Below, in pieces: positions 15,592 through 23,980 of a DNA stretch of 24,327 nucleotides. How positions within the stretch are numbered: the stretch's first letter is position 1; each line of letters begins with the position of its first letter. Source of the DNA: a virus (taxonomy: Duplodnaviria > Caudoviricetes); IMG/VR virus record IMGVR_UViG_3300012200_000070, positions 1 through 24,327 of that record, one strand, 5' to 3'. The notes under the pieces were generated by a model. It ran no database searches, was not told where the DNA came from, and saw only the letters and a list, made by a program, of their open reading frames with translations. A program made the translations under genes and the position numbers.

Positions 15592-16341
15592 ATGTCTAAG
15601 TGCCCCATGGGATGTGCTTGTGGCCGCCATTCGCGTCGAGATGTAAAAGCCTGTGAGCCGGGGTGCACCTGCGGACGGCACTCACTTACTCAGGAGCACC
15701 GCTCAAATATCAGCAAGGCTCTCCAGAAGCGGGGTCCATCAGACGCAAAGCGCGCCTTCATGGAAAAGTCAGCAACACCGCAGTTTTGTGGGTGTGGCTG
15801 CGGCGAGCCAGCTCCGGTAGATGCGCGGCGTAATCGCATCAGCAAGTACATACCCGGACACAATTCCCGCGTTACCCACCCCATGAAGGGGCGGCACCAT
15901 ACGGAAGAAACCAGAGCGAGGCTCGCGACGTATACGGGAGAACAGGCATCGGCATATAAGCATGGCTGGGCCGGAACGCCAACGCACAACACATGGACTT
16001 CCATGCACTCGCGTTGTCGAGATCCCCGAAATACCTCGTACCCAAGATATGGCGCCCGAGGAATCACAGTCTGCGAACGCTGGGAGAGCTTCGCCAACTT
16101 CCTCGAAGACATGGGCGAACGCCCTGATGGGAAGACACTCGACCGTCTCAACGGTGATGGCGACTATGATCCAGAGAATTGCCGTTGGGCGACGAAGGCT
16201 GAGCAGGAAGCGAACAAAAGCAATCCGTGGCTAAACCCAGAGAAGGCAGCGCGTATCCGTGCTGGTCAGGCCCGGTACAACTACGACCGTAAGAAGCACA
16301 TGGACGAAATCGATCGCGTTGCGCATGGTGATCGATCCTGA
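15592..16341 (+). CDS. HNH homing endonuclease with NUMOD3-like and Cys-rich N-terminal modules
   Basis: W.SM.SRC...YGARGITVCERW.SF.NF..DMG.RP...TLDRLNGDGDYDPENCRWAT; GRHHTEETRARL; CGCGCG; two C..GC.CGRH repeats; antisense to the late operon. Confidence 0.92.
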   Translation: MSKCPMGCACGRHSRRDVKACEPGCTCGRHSLTQEHRSNISKALQKRGPSDAKRAFMEKSATPQFCGCGCGEPAPVDARRNRISKYIPGHNSRVTHPMKGRHHTEETRARLATYTGEQASAYKHGWAGTPTHNTWTSMHSRCRDPRNTSYPRYGARGITVCERWESFANFLEDMGERPDGKTLDRLNGDGDYDPENCRWATKAEQEANKSNPWLNPEKAARIRAGQARYNYDRKKHMDEIDRVAHGDRS

Positions 16342-16344
16342 CTG

Positions 16345-16776
16345 TCAACCTCGCTGCTGAGCAGTCCGGATCCCATCAAACGTCTCGTCCATCTGTTCCA
16401 CCCAGTGCTCTGGGTTGGTGTGCTGACGAACACGGCCTGTCGGATTCCCTCGCCAGTCACCATCACGAACGATGAACAGCTCTTGCCTGTCCAGAGGGAC
16501 CTTGTGTGCGCTCTCCTGGAAACACGCTTGACCTGCCTCGAAGACAAGCCAGTTCTCTTCGGCGGAAACGTGCAGCTCAGTGAACTTCCGCCCGGAATTA
16601 CGGGCCGCGTGGACCATCTCCGGTGGGAGACTTTCAAGGCGCACACGCCACCCATTCAGGTAGTGCGCGCACTCGATCTCGGCACACGTGGCCTTACGCC
16701 AGTGTGTCGCGATAGGCGCCTTGATCTGGTACGTCTGGTAAGAGCTGACGCCACCGATGGGCTGGATACGATTCAT
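16345..16776 (-). CDS. conserved phage hypothetical protein (tail region)
   Basis: GGGGAGG then ATG 16776; ATCAEIEC...GW and FEAGQACF...H motifs. Confidence 0.82.
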   Translation of the reverse strand: MNRIQPIGGVSSYQTYQIKAPIATHWRKATCAEIECAHYLNGWRVRLESLPPEMVHAARNSGRKFTELHVSAEENWLVFEAGQACFQESAHKVPLDRQELFIVRDGDWRGNPTGRVRQHTNPEHWVEQMDETFDGIRTAQQRG

Positions 16777-16801
16777 GCTTCCTCCCCGAAGCCGATAGGG
16801 C

Positions 16802-17548
16802 CTAGAATGCCTGGCCCAGAATTTCATTCTTGACCATCACTACGTTGAACGTCACCGAAGTGACGCCACCTGTAGTGGTCGTAGCCACACGTACATACCG
16901 GCGGATAGTCGCCGTGTTCGCAATGGCGATGCGCTGAGTCTGCGGTCCGGCAGTGACCGAGGTGAATGCGAAGCTGGTCACGTCAGCGAAGGTGACGTTG
17001 TCCGCCGAGTCCTGGATCTTGATGGTCACATCGGTACCCGTGAATGCGGTGACCTGGAGGTAGGCCTGACCGCCGAACGCCAATGAGGCCAGGGTGTCGA
17101 CGCCTGTACCGTTGGTCGCGGCGGTGTCCGTGCGTAGCCCGGCAGTGAGCTGGACGCCCCACTCCAGGCCATAGCCATTTGCCTGTGCCTGGACGGCGAT
17201 GGTCATCTTGCCGTCGTCTGCACGGGTGGGGTCGTAATTGAGCTGCTTGGCGACCAGGCAGGCTCCGGGGTCACCCAGGTTGGTGCCACGGCCGTACATC
17301 AGCTGCCGGTCAGTGGTAGGGAGCGTGGACAGGACGGCGTGCTGCTTGGTGAGGGCGGTATTGAAGTGAGAAACCCACTCGATGCGGCCGTCGCGGAGAC
17401 CACCGATACGCTCGAACGCAGACTTGTCAATGCCGGTGACGTCAATGGTGGCGACACCACCACCGACCTCGCCGAGCGAACTGGTGTCACCTGAGATGTC
17501 ATATCCGCCCAGAAGGAACATATCCCCCAAGCCCGAGGTCTTGCTCAC
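16802..17548 (-). CDS. tail-tube-like protein with C-terminal beta domain
   Basis: GAGGAGG RBS, GTG start; MSKTSGL and DVTGIDKSAFERI shared with 15099..15509. Confidence 0.85.
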   Translation of the reverse strand: MSKTSGLGDMFLLGGYDISGDTSSLGEVGGGVATIDVTGIDKSAFERIGGLRDGRIEWVSHFNTALTKQHAVLSTLPTTDRQLMYGRGTNLGDPGACLVAKQLNYDPTRADDGKMTIAVQAQANGYGLEWGVQLTAGLRTDTAATNGTGVDTLASLAFGGQAYLQVTAFTGTDVTIKIQDSADNVTFADVTSFAFTSVTAGPQTQRIAIANTATIRRYVRVATTTTGGVTSVTFNVVMVKNEILGQAF

Positions 17549-17573
17549 GCCTCATCCCCTCCTCGGGACATGC

Positions 17574-17601
17574 AAAAGGGCCGCCCGGCTGGACGGCCCT
17601 T
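17574..17601 (-). terminator. intrinsic terminator
   Basis: - strand AAGGGCCGTCC-AGCC-GGGCGGCCCTTTT. Confidence 0.7.
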
Positions 17602-17761
17602 CATTGGTGTGTTTGTGTGGCTACGTCTTACGGTCAAGGCGTTCAGTGAGCATCATGCGCACCTCAGCCTCAAAGCGAGTCCCGCGTATCGCGAGTGGAA
17701 CGACGCCCACGCGGATCGATGTCTTTAGGGTTCATCCAGGCAGTGTGTCCTAGTGATGCAC

Positions 17762-18217
17762 TCACGGAGCCTGTGGCCACAGATCATCGCAGATCAGGGG
17801 CACCCTGATGGAGAAGACCCTGAACTCTTTTCCGTCAAGGTTAAGGTAGCCGGAGCGACACTCCAAAGGCGTCCCGTACGCTCCGAAGATATCCACGTGC
17901 CGTACTTCGCCATTCAGGTCGAAGTCCCCGATGTACTCGCTCATCAAGGTGTCGAGAGCGATCGTCAGGTTGGTGTCGATGTCGTCGTACGGCATGGACG
18001 TGGTACTGGAGTACATGCGCACTGTCAGCTCAAGACGGACGGTGGTATTAGCCAGACCTGATGTTTTGACCGGAGTGACGCGCTCCACCCACACGGAAGC
18101 CGTGAGCCCTGTCGACGGAGACTGCTTCGACTCGTGCTGGTTAACCGTCAGAAAGTACCCGGTACCCAGAGCGTGAGACACCACGGAATCCAGGATGCTG
18201 ACGATGTCCAGGGCCAT
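17762..18217 (-). CDS. tail terminator / tail completion protein
   Basis: GGGAGG RBS; size and position between neck gene and tail tube genes. Confidence 0.78.
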   Translation of the reverse strand: MALDIVSILDSVVSHALGTGYFLTVNQHESKQSPSTGLTASVWVERVTPVKTSGLANTTVRLELTVRMYSSTTSMPYDDIDTNLTIALDTLMSEYIGDFDLNGEVRHVDIFGAYGTPLECRSGYLNLDGKEFRVFSIRVPLICDDLWPQAP

Positions 18218-18238
18218 CCCGAACCCCTCCCTATGGTG

Positions 18239-18640
18239 TTACCGGAGCTTGCCGTGACTCTGGTACTCGAAGAGCACCTTCTCCGCGATCTCACCCGCTT
18301 CTGCGTCTAGCTGCTCATGTGCCAGACGGAAGGTGTGGTAGCCAGGGAATGTGTCGGGCGAGTTGCGTGAGCCCACGCCTTCCAGCCAAGGACCGTAGAT
18401 CACTCCCGTGTCATGGACTTCGTACCGGCCTTCACCAATGGGTCGAGTATCGATCTTCGACTCGTAATACCCACTGGGGTGCCGGAGCACGAACCCAAGG
18501 CGATCAAGGACAATTTCCTTGCCCCGCTCGGCAATCTCCTCAGCAGTGTCTTCCGTATACTCGGTGACCTGGTGCTCAATGCGATGACCGCTGATGATGC
18601 CACGAGCTGCTTCGGTAATGCGGACCCAAAAACCAGCCAC
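18239..18640 (-). CDS. neck protein (HK97 gp10-like)
   Basis: GTG 18640; HPSGYYES...VIYGPWLEGVGSRN...FPGYHTFR motif. Confidence 0.78.
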   Translation of the reverse strand: MAGFWVRITEAARGIISGHRIEHQVTEYTEDTAEEIAERGKEIVLDRLGFVLRHPSGYYESKIDTRPIGEGRYEVHDTGVIYGPWLEGVGSRNSPDTFPGYHTFRLAHEQLDAEAGEIAEKVLFEYQSHGKLR

Positions 18641-18653
18641 GGAACACCACCTA

Positions 18654-19724
18654 TCAAATCGTGCGCTGCCGCGCCTTGCGCCCATACTGCTGGGTGACCT
18701 GCTGGCGAAGGTCGATGATGCTTTCCATGGTTGCCGACCGACGGGAAGTTCCACCGAAGTTGGAAGAGGCGGACATGGTGCGGAACCAGCCGGTTTTCTC
18801 CTGCATCAAATCTGAGATCGCCATGGCGTTGTTGAGCTGCCGGGGTCCCGGCGGGGGATCCCATCGGTTCACAGTTGATCCCGTGAGATGCACAGCAGCG
18901 GTGGTCCCCAAAGCCCCTCGCTGCACACTGAGTGTCCGTGGGCCGTAAATGGTGATGCCAGAAGTGTGTGCCGCGATAACGCTTCCGTCATACGCGCGCC
19001 TCACGGTGAGGTTATTGCCAACCACGCGCAGGACAAGGACGCTTTCGCTGTCCAGGACAACGACCTCACCACGAGCAAAGAGGGCACCATTGGAGACGGG
19101 AACAGTCACCGTCTTCTGCTGCCCGTCCAGGTTCCCAGCCAGTGTCGCCCCGGTCGTCAGGAAGTCCCGCTCAGTGACGATGACGCGTTCGTCATCGAAG
19201 CGAAGAATCGACCCGACACCCACCATGGAACTCGTCGCGGCGTCCACGTCAATGGCTGTTTCCGACGCGTCCAGCGCCTCGATGACGGTGCCCACTGCGG
19301 TCTCATTGTTGCTGTACCCGAAGAGTCCGGTGACCAGGATGCTCTGCTGGTAGGTGTTACCACCGCCGAAAGCTGACGCGCTTGACAGGTTGAGTTCAAT
19401 CCGGTCGTAGGGCGGTCCGGTCCGATTGTTCTCCAGGAAAATGTTCCCAACAGGAATGGCGCCGCCGCCCGTGGAGGAGATGGCGGACACGGAGATAACG
19501 TCGCAGTCGTCCACCCATAGGCGCCACGGTAGAGCGCCCTGGATACTAGGCCAGTCGAATTTCCGCGTGGCGGTCATGGGGTAGAACGTGCGGTGGCAGT
19601 ATCCGTCAATGATCCTGGCAGTCGACGCGATGCAACGGTCGATCTCCTGGTCGTTCTCCGCCGTCTCGCCGATCTGGAGGGCCCGCTTGATGGCCTCACG
19701 GGTGGTGTACACGGGTTCAGCCAC
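18654..19724 (-). CDS. head-to-tail adaptor with inserted beta domain
   Basis: VYTTREAIKRAL...IDRCIAS.AR.IDGYCHRTFYP N-terminus; GAGGAGG RBS. Confidence 0.82.
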   Translation of the reverse strand: MAEPVYTTREAIKRALQIGETAENDQEIDRCIASTARIIDGYCHRTFYPMTATRKFDWPSIQGALPWRLWVDDCDVISVSAISSTGGGAIPVGNIFLENNRTGPPYDRIELNLSSASAFGGGNTYQQSILVTGLFGYSNNETAVGTVIEALDASETAIDVDAATSSMVGVGSILRFDDERVIVTERDFLTTGATLAGNLDGQQKTVTVPVSNGALFARGEVVVLDSESVLVLRVVGNNLTVRRAYDGSVIAAHTSGITIYGPRTLSVQRGALGTTAAVHLTGSTVNRWDPPPGPRQLNNAMAISDLMQEKTGWFRTMSASSNFGGTSRRSATMESIIDLRQQVTQQYGRKARQRTI

Positions 19725-19742
19725 GGCATTCCCTCCTCAGTA

Positions 19743-21515
19743 TCAGGACAAGGCGACCCAGAAAGTGAGAGCGCCGGTTGCGGTGGTGCTGCTCATGGTG
19801 AAAGAACTCGGCATGGAAGTCTGAGCGGTTCCTGCCGTGAAGTAGCGCCTCGGGGATGCGGACGTGAGACCGGCATTGGGGACCGTTGCTGACGTTGCGG
19901 AGGACCGTGTCAGGGAAGGCATCGTTCCTGAGCTGTTCCCCAGCAGCAGCACGGCGAGTTTCTGCCCGATGGTTGGTGTGAAAGAGGAGACCAGGGGGAG
20001 TGCCGTAATACCGGATCCCTGCAAGACGGTCGCCAGATCAGCTGTTCGCGCCAGCTCGGTGCCCGTGGTCCCATCAATGACACTCGCAAAGCACTGACTG
20101 GAAGTCATCGTGGCACCAGCATTGCTGATGCTGACGATGATGTTGCTGATGAGGCCACCAGACTGCGCGTCCACGCGCATTCCGTAGATGGTCCCAGCAA
20201 CAGTGATCACGCCAGCAGATGCGCCAGCGATGTCCGGTGGCCAGTTCCATTCCTTGTAGCCGTGCAGGGAAGGAAGATCGAAGGAGTAGACACCGAGCGG
20301 GTGGCTGCTCGAACCTCCATTGTGTGCAGCGGAAAGAAGGGATGTCGCATTCAGAAGGTTGATACTCCCGGATACCGTGCCAGAACCCGAACAGCCAGTG
20401 ACGTATGTACCGCCATCATTCGCCGTCTGTTCGTTGACCCCCCACTTCGCGGCATTGCTGACGCCGGACGTCTGCCCCCAGGTGCATCCAGTGAGGGTGT
20501 TGTTGGTGCTGTAGTCGGTTCCGGACTCACCTAGACGGTAATGGTCAGACGTGTTAGTAGTCGTCTGGGAGGCGTCCTGCGAATGGCATGCGGACAGCCG
20601 GTTGTTCGAGCATCCCACCAACTGGAACCCGTGAGTTCCGTTGGTGGAAACAGTGCACCCGTCCAGCGTGTGAGTTCCACCGGGGGTGTTGTCCTGCTGG
20701 CCAGTTTGTGCAGTTCCGTTGAGAGCCCACCCAGCGCTCGTGTTGTTGTACGCATGGGATGAGGAGAACTGGATGTATTTGGCGCCGTTCTGCGCGGTGT
20801 ATCCGTTCGATCCGTTGCTGTAGGCGTGGCACCCGATGACCCGGACCCGCGTACTGGCTGTCACGAAGTTAAAGCCATGGCGCGTATTGCTGTAAGCAAC
20901 GCTGTCCCGGATTTCACTGTCGTAGCAACCGTCCAGCGTGAAGCCGTCGGTGCCGTTGTCGTGGCTGATGCAGTCGGCGATCAGGAGACGTGTGGTCCGC
21001 TCATGAGGATCGAATCCGTATCCCGTGCAGTTCTTGATCTCCACATTGGAAAAACGTATGTCGTAATCCGTAGCGGTACCGTTCGGGCTGACGCCGCAGT
21101 AGGCTCCCACAATATCGGGTGTTCCGGAGACGTTCGCCTTGTTACCGTCAATGGTGAAATCACGAAAGACGACCCGACTGTTGGAGACACCCGACTGTGT
21201 ACGGACGATCCCCGTGGTGTTCCGCGACGTGCCATCTGCGAGTTTCAGGATCGTGACGCCAATGCCCATGCCAGCAACCGTCGTGTTGTCCACGGAGATG
21301 TTGATGCAGCCCAAAGAAGCGGTCGCTGGCGCGGTGAGGATATACGTCCCAGCCTGAAACTGGATGACACCGCCCGTAGACGGCAGCGCGGCAATGGCAA
21401 CAGCAATATTCGCCGTATCCGTGGCAGCAACACCCGTAGGGGCCACAACCTCAGCAGTGACCCTGTCCAGGCCAAGCCGTAGACGCGCATCGGCTGCCGT
21501 GTTCATTGTGCTCAC
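19743..21515 (-). CDS. right-handed beta-helix protein, AlgE-type mannuronan C-5 epimerase/lyase-like domain plus phage C-terminal domain
   Basis: Pectate_lyase_3-like N-terminus, GYGFDPHE...HDNGTDGFTLD...VAYSNTRHGFNFVT, repeated N..xG beta-helix rungs. Confidence 0.88.
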   Translation of the reverse strand: MSTMNTAADARLRLGLDRVTAEVVAPTGVAATDTANIAVAIAALPSTGGVIQFQAGTYILTAPATASLGCINISVDNTTVAGMGIGVTILKLADGTSRNTTGIVRTQSGVSNSRVVFRDFTIDGNKANVSGTPDIVGAYCGVSPNGTATDYDIRFSNVEIKNCTGYGFDPHERTTRLLIADCISHDNGTDGFTLDGCYDSEIRDSVAYSNTRHGFNFVTASTRVRVIGCHAYSNGSNGYTAQNGAKYIQFSSSHAYNNTSAGWALNGTAQTGQQDNTPGGTHTLDGCTVSTNGTHGFQLVGCSNNRLSACHSQDASQTTTNTSDHYRLGESGTDYSTNNTLTGCTWGQTSGVSNAAKWGVNEQTANDGGTYVTGCSGSGTVSGSINLLNATSLLSAAHNGGSSSHPLGVYSFDLPSLHGYKEWNWPPDIAGASAGVITVAGTIYGMRVDAQSGGLISNIIVSISNAGATMTSSQCFASVIDGTTGTELARTADLATVLQGSGITALPLVSSFTPTIGQKLAVLLLGNSSGTMPSLTRSSATSATVPNAGLTSASPRRYFTAGTAQTSMPSSFTMSSTTATGALTFWVALS

Positions 21516-21552
21516 ACGGACTCCCCGGGCTCAGCCATTGAGGGCTCCTGAG

Positions 21553-21765
21553 CTAGTAGCGGGAACGCAGGCGCACGCGGGGGAAGTCGCCGATGTACGT
21601 ACCATCAGGGCGGTAGCCGTCGTACGTACAGAACAAGGCGCCGTCAGGGCCCTGAGTATACGGCTCACCATCATTCGGGCAGGCGAGAAGCCGCATCTTC
21701 GGCTCAATGGCGGCATAAGCCATCGCCTCGTCAACGATGCTGACGAGGGCGTACCAGTTGCCCAT
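21553..21765 (-). CDS. small conserved phage protein (CPNDGEP...CTYDG)
   Basis: GGAG RBS; paired CxxD motifs; in operon. Confidence 0.8.
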   Translation of the reverse strand: MGNWYALVSIVDEAMAYAAIEPKMRLLACPNDGEPYTQGPDGALFCTYDGYRPDGTYIGDFPRVRLRSRY

Positions 21766-21768
21766 GGG

Positions 21769-22431
21769 TTACTCCGCTTCGCGCAGGCGGTCCTTGAGCT
21801 GCGCCTTGGTGCCGTAGGAGGGGAGACCCTTGGCATCAGCGGTGGCGCGCAGATCGGCGAGGTTCATGTCCTCATATTCGTCGCCAGACTTCTCGACGGC
21901 TGCCACGTCTTCCGCCTTGAGGACGCTTTCGCTGTTTGTCAGGAGGGCTGGAACGCTGTCGCCTTCCACGGAGAGGGGGCCACCTGTGGCAAATGGAATC
22001 TCAATGAGTTCCGGTCCCGGCTCATCCACCAGTACGGCTTCAGGTTCTGGGTGCCCCTGGTCAGCCTCGGCACCGACCAGGGGCTCACTCGCGTCAGCGA
22101 CCGGGGAGGGTGCCTCGTCGCGAGCGTTTGAGGGACCACCTTCAATGGTGATCTTCGGCATGCTGTCCTCCACAGGGGGCCAGGGAACCTGCACCTGGCT
22201 ACCGCACGAGGCACAGAACAGAGTCGGAATTTCGATCAGGCCGGGCATCGCCTTGTGCACGCGAATGGTCCACGGCCCGGAACTGCACGACGTGCAGTTG
22301 ACGGTGATGAATGAAGGGGCTTGGCGGAATCCCGGAGCCCCCTCGATCTCGTACTCGCTGGTACCGCAGTGGGGACATGCGTCAAGCCCAGCCGCGTATT
22401 GCGTCGAACAGGCGACGCATGTCCACACCAT
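21769..22431 (-). CDS. Zn-ribbon protein with acidic linker and C-terminal SAP/Rho_N-like motif
   Basis: Four CxxC pairs; YEDMNLADLR...AKGLPSYGTKAQLKDRL. Confidence 0.82.
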   Translation of the reverse strand: MVWTCVACSTQYAAGLDACPHCGTSEYEIEGAPGFRQAPSFITVNCTSCSSGPWTIRVHKAMPGLIEIPTLFCASCGSQVQVPWPPVEDSMPKITIEGGPSNARDEAPSPVADASEPLVGAEADQGHPEPEAVLVDEPGPELIEIPFATGGPLSVEGDSVPALLTNSESVLKAEDVAAVEKSGDEYEDMNLADLRATADAKGLPSYGTKAQLKDRLREAE

Positions 22432-22442
22432 GTTTTCTCCCG

Positions 22443-22925
22443 TTACGCGGAGGTAAGAGTCGCGCCGTCAGTGAGTGGCACCCAGGTCACAACCCAGGTG
22501 ATGACACCATCCGTACCTGCGGACACCGACTGGATCTTCCCCGTGGTGACCGCCGTCGCAGGAAGCGAACTGGGCCAGCCAGCGGAAGAGTTTCCCGAAG
22601 GAGACATCAGCTTGGGCGGAGTGGTACCCGCAGTGGCGGGTGTACTGAACCCCAGGACATCTCCCGCGAGAGTGTCCGTAGTCCCGATGTCAGTGGCCGC
22701 GCACAGGGGAACGGCATCACCAGTAGTCGGGGTTGCCTTGAGGTAGTAGGAGTTCGCCACGGTGATAGATGTGGTGACCAAGCCATACAGCGACGTGATC
22801 AGAACTTCACCGCCAGCGATAAGGAAGAGATCGACCGTAGTGGCCGCCAGAGTTCCTGTGGACTTGCTGGCGCGCGTACCAAGCGTCAACGTGCGCAGGG
22901 CGGTCTGCTTCATCATGGAAGACAT
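22443..22925 (-). CDS. putative head-associated structural protein
   Basis: GGGGG RBS; Thr/Gly-rich beta protein in the head region. Confidence 0.8.
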   Translation of the reverse strand: MSSMMKQTALRTLTLGTRASKSTGTLAATTVDLFLIAGGEVLITSLYGLVTTSITVANSYYLKATPTTGDAVPLCAATDIGTTDTLAGDVLGFSTPATAGTTPPKLMSPSGNSSAGWPSSLPATAVTTGKIQSVSAGTDGVITWVVTWVPLTDGATLTSA

Positions 22926-22939
22926 GGGTTACGCCCCCC

Positions 22940-23356
22940 TTACGCCGAGACGATGGCGAGGTTGTCGGGCTTACGCGCGACCAGGAGATCACCCAGAATG
23001 GCGGTGACCAGGCCAGCGGAAGACTGGGTGCACTTGATGTACGCCAGGGGGTCGGCCAGCGACGTTCCCGGGACGAAGAAAGCCACACTTCCCGAAGAGA
23101 TAACCACCGTGTTCGCAGCGGTCTGCGTGGCCGACACCCACGCGGCAGTGCCGTTGGTGGCCGTGTTGGTCTGCTTCTTGGTGATGATCGCACCAGGAGT
23201 GGCGTACGAGCCGCCGAAAGTGGCGGACGTGGTGATGGTGAACGTGTCGTTGCCGGTGCAGATGAACGTGATGCCGGAGCAGTCACGCATCGACAGGGCG
23301 ACACCTGCCGCGATGGGAACGATGTTGAAAGAGCGCCCGAGAGCAGCAATAGCCAT
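22940..23356 (-). CDS. putative capsid-associated/decoration protein
   Basis: GAGGAAAGGA RBS; LGRSFNIVPIAAG...DLLVARKPDNL, a type I recall downstream of major capsid genes. Confidence 0.8.
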   Translation of the reverse strand: MAIAALGRSFNIVPIAAGVALSMRDCSGITFICTGNDTFTITTSATFGGSYATPGAIITKKQTNTATNGTAAWVSATQTAANTVVISSGSVAFFVPGTSLADPLAYIKCTQSSAGLVTAILGDLLVARKPDNLAIVSA

Positions 23357-23429
23357 GACTTATCCTTTCCTCACTGTAGGGCGTCACTGCCACAGTGGTT
23401 TCACACGAGCCGGGTTTTAATGCGGCTTA

Positions 23430-23541
23430 TGTGTATGCTTCTTCAAATAGGCTATTGCCTACTGAAGTTTTTCTGTATCGTCACGGAATTACCCAAGCCC
23501 GGTGTTGCAGGCGTAGCACAATAGACCCGCGTTTCTCCGGA
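23430..23541 (-). pseudogene. endonuclease VII relic
   Basis: Translates SGETR/GLLCYACNTGLG*FRDDTEKLQ*AIAYLKKH, the EndoVII C-terminal signature, with two stops and a frameshift; locally AT-richer. Confidence 0.82.
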
Positions 23542-23571
23542 AACAAACTCATTCCCTCTACGCAGCTATTC

Positions 23572-23976
23572 TTACGGCGAAGGCTCGACAATCAGCCACG
23601 CCACAGTGGAGGTGTCCGAGGCGACGCCCTGGACAGTGAAACTCGTGCCAGCGGTACGGGTGGACACATAGCAGAAAGCAGGTGTTCCACCCGCAACATT
23701 GGTCGTGAGGAAGATTCGGGAGTTCGCGGTAACCGCTGTAGTGCTGACGACCACAGGAGTAGCGCCATTGACAGCGAGGGTTCCCATGGTGGCGTTGGAA
23801 CCCTCTTTGACCTTCACGCCCTTGCCAGCCGTGGCCACCACGGCATTTCCGGACGTAATGGTGACATCGCCTGTGGAGTTGACCCCGGCGGATGCCGTCA
23901 GGACGCCGGTTACACCAAGCGTTCCACCAACGGTCGAGTTTCCTGCGACTGCTCCAGGAGGTGTGAACAGGGGCAT
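23572..23976 (-). CDS. small fibre/decoration-like structural protein
   Basis: GKGVKVKEGSNATMG...TANSRIFLT...RTAGTSFT...DTSTVAWLIVEP, a module I recall at C-termini of actinophage fibre proteins. Confidence 0.8.
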   Translation of the reverse strand: MPLFTPPGAVAGNSTVGGTLGVTGVLTASAGVNSTGDVTITSGNAVVATAGKGVKVKEGSNATMGTLAVNGATPVVVSTTAVTANSRIFLTTNVAGGTPAFCYVSTRTAGTSFTVQGVASDTSTVAWLIVEPSP

Positions 23977-23980
23977 TGGA

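Noticed and set aside
15519-16344. Group I intron carrying the HNH gene
   Set aside because: The HNH gene is antisense to the host operon, flanking genes look complete, and only about 70 nt of non-coding sequence is available, too little for an intron core
17602-17761. Small - strand ORFs in the spacer (21 aa from ATG 17735; 29 aa 17710..17621)
   Set aside because: No RBS or recognisable motif; may be a gene remnant but cannot be supported
22311-23420. Long + strand ORFs opposite structural genes (also 23395..24117, 21364..22131, 20826..21482)
   Set aside because: Antisense shadows expected in GC-rich coding DNA; the - strand genes have RBSs, coupling and recognisable motifs
23430-23541. 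Stop-codon recoding to explain in-frame stops in the EndoVII fragment
   Set aside because: Both TAA and TAG occur along with a frameshift, both serve as normal stops in neighbouring genes, and no suppressor tRNA is present
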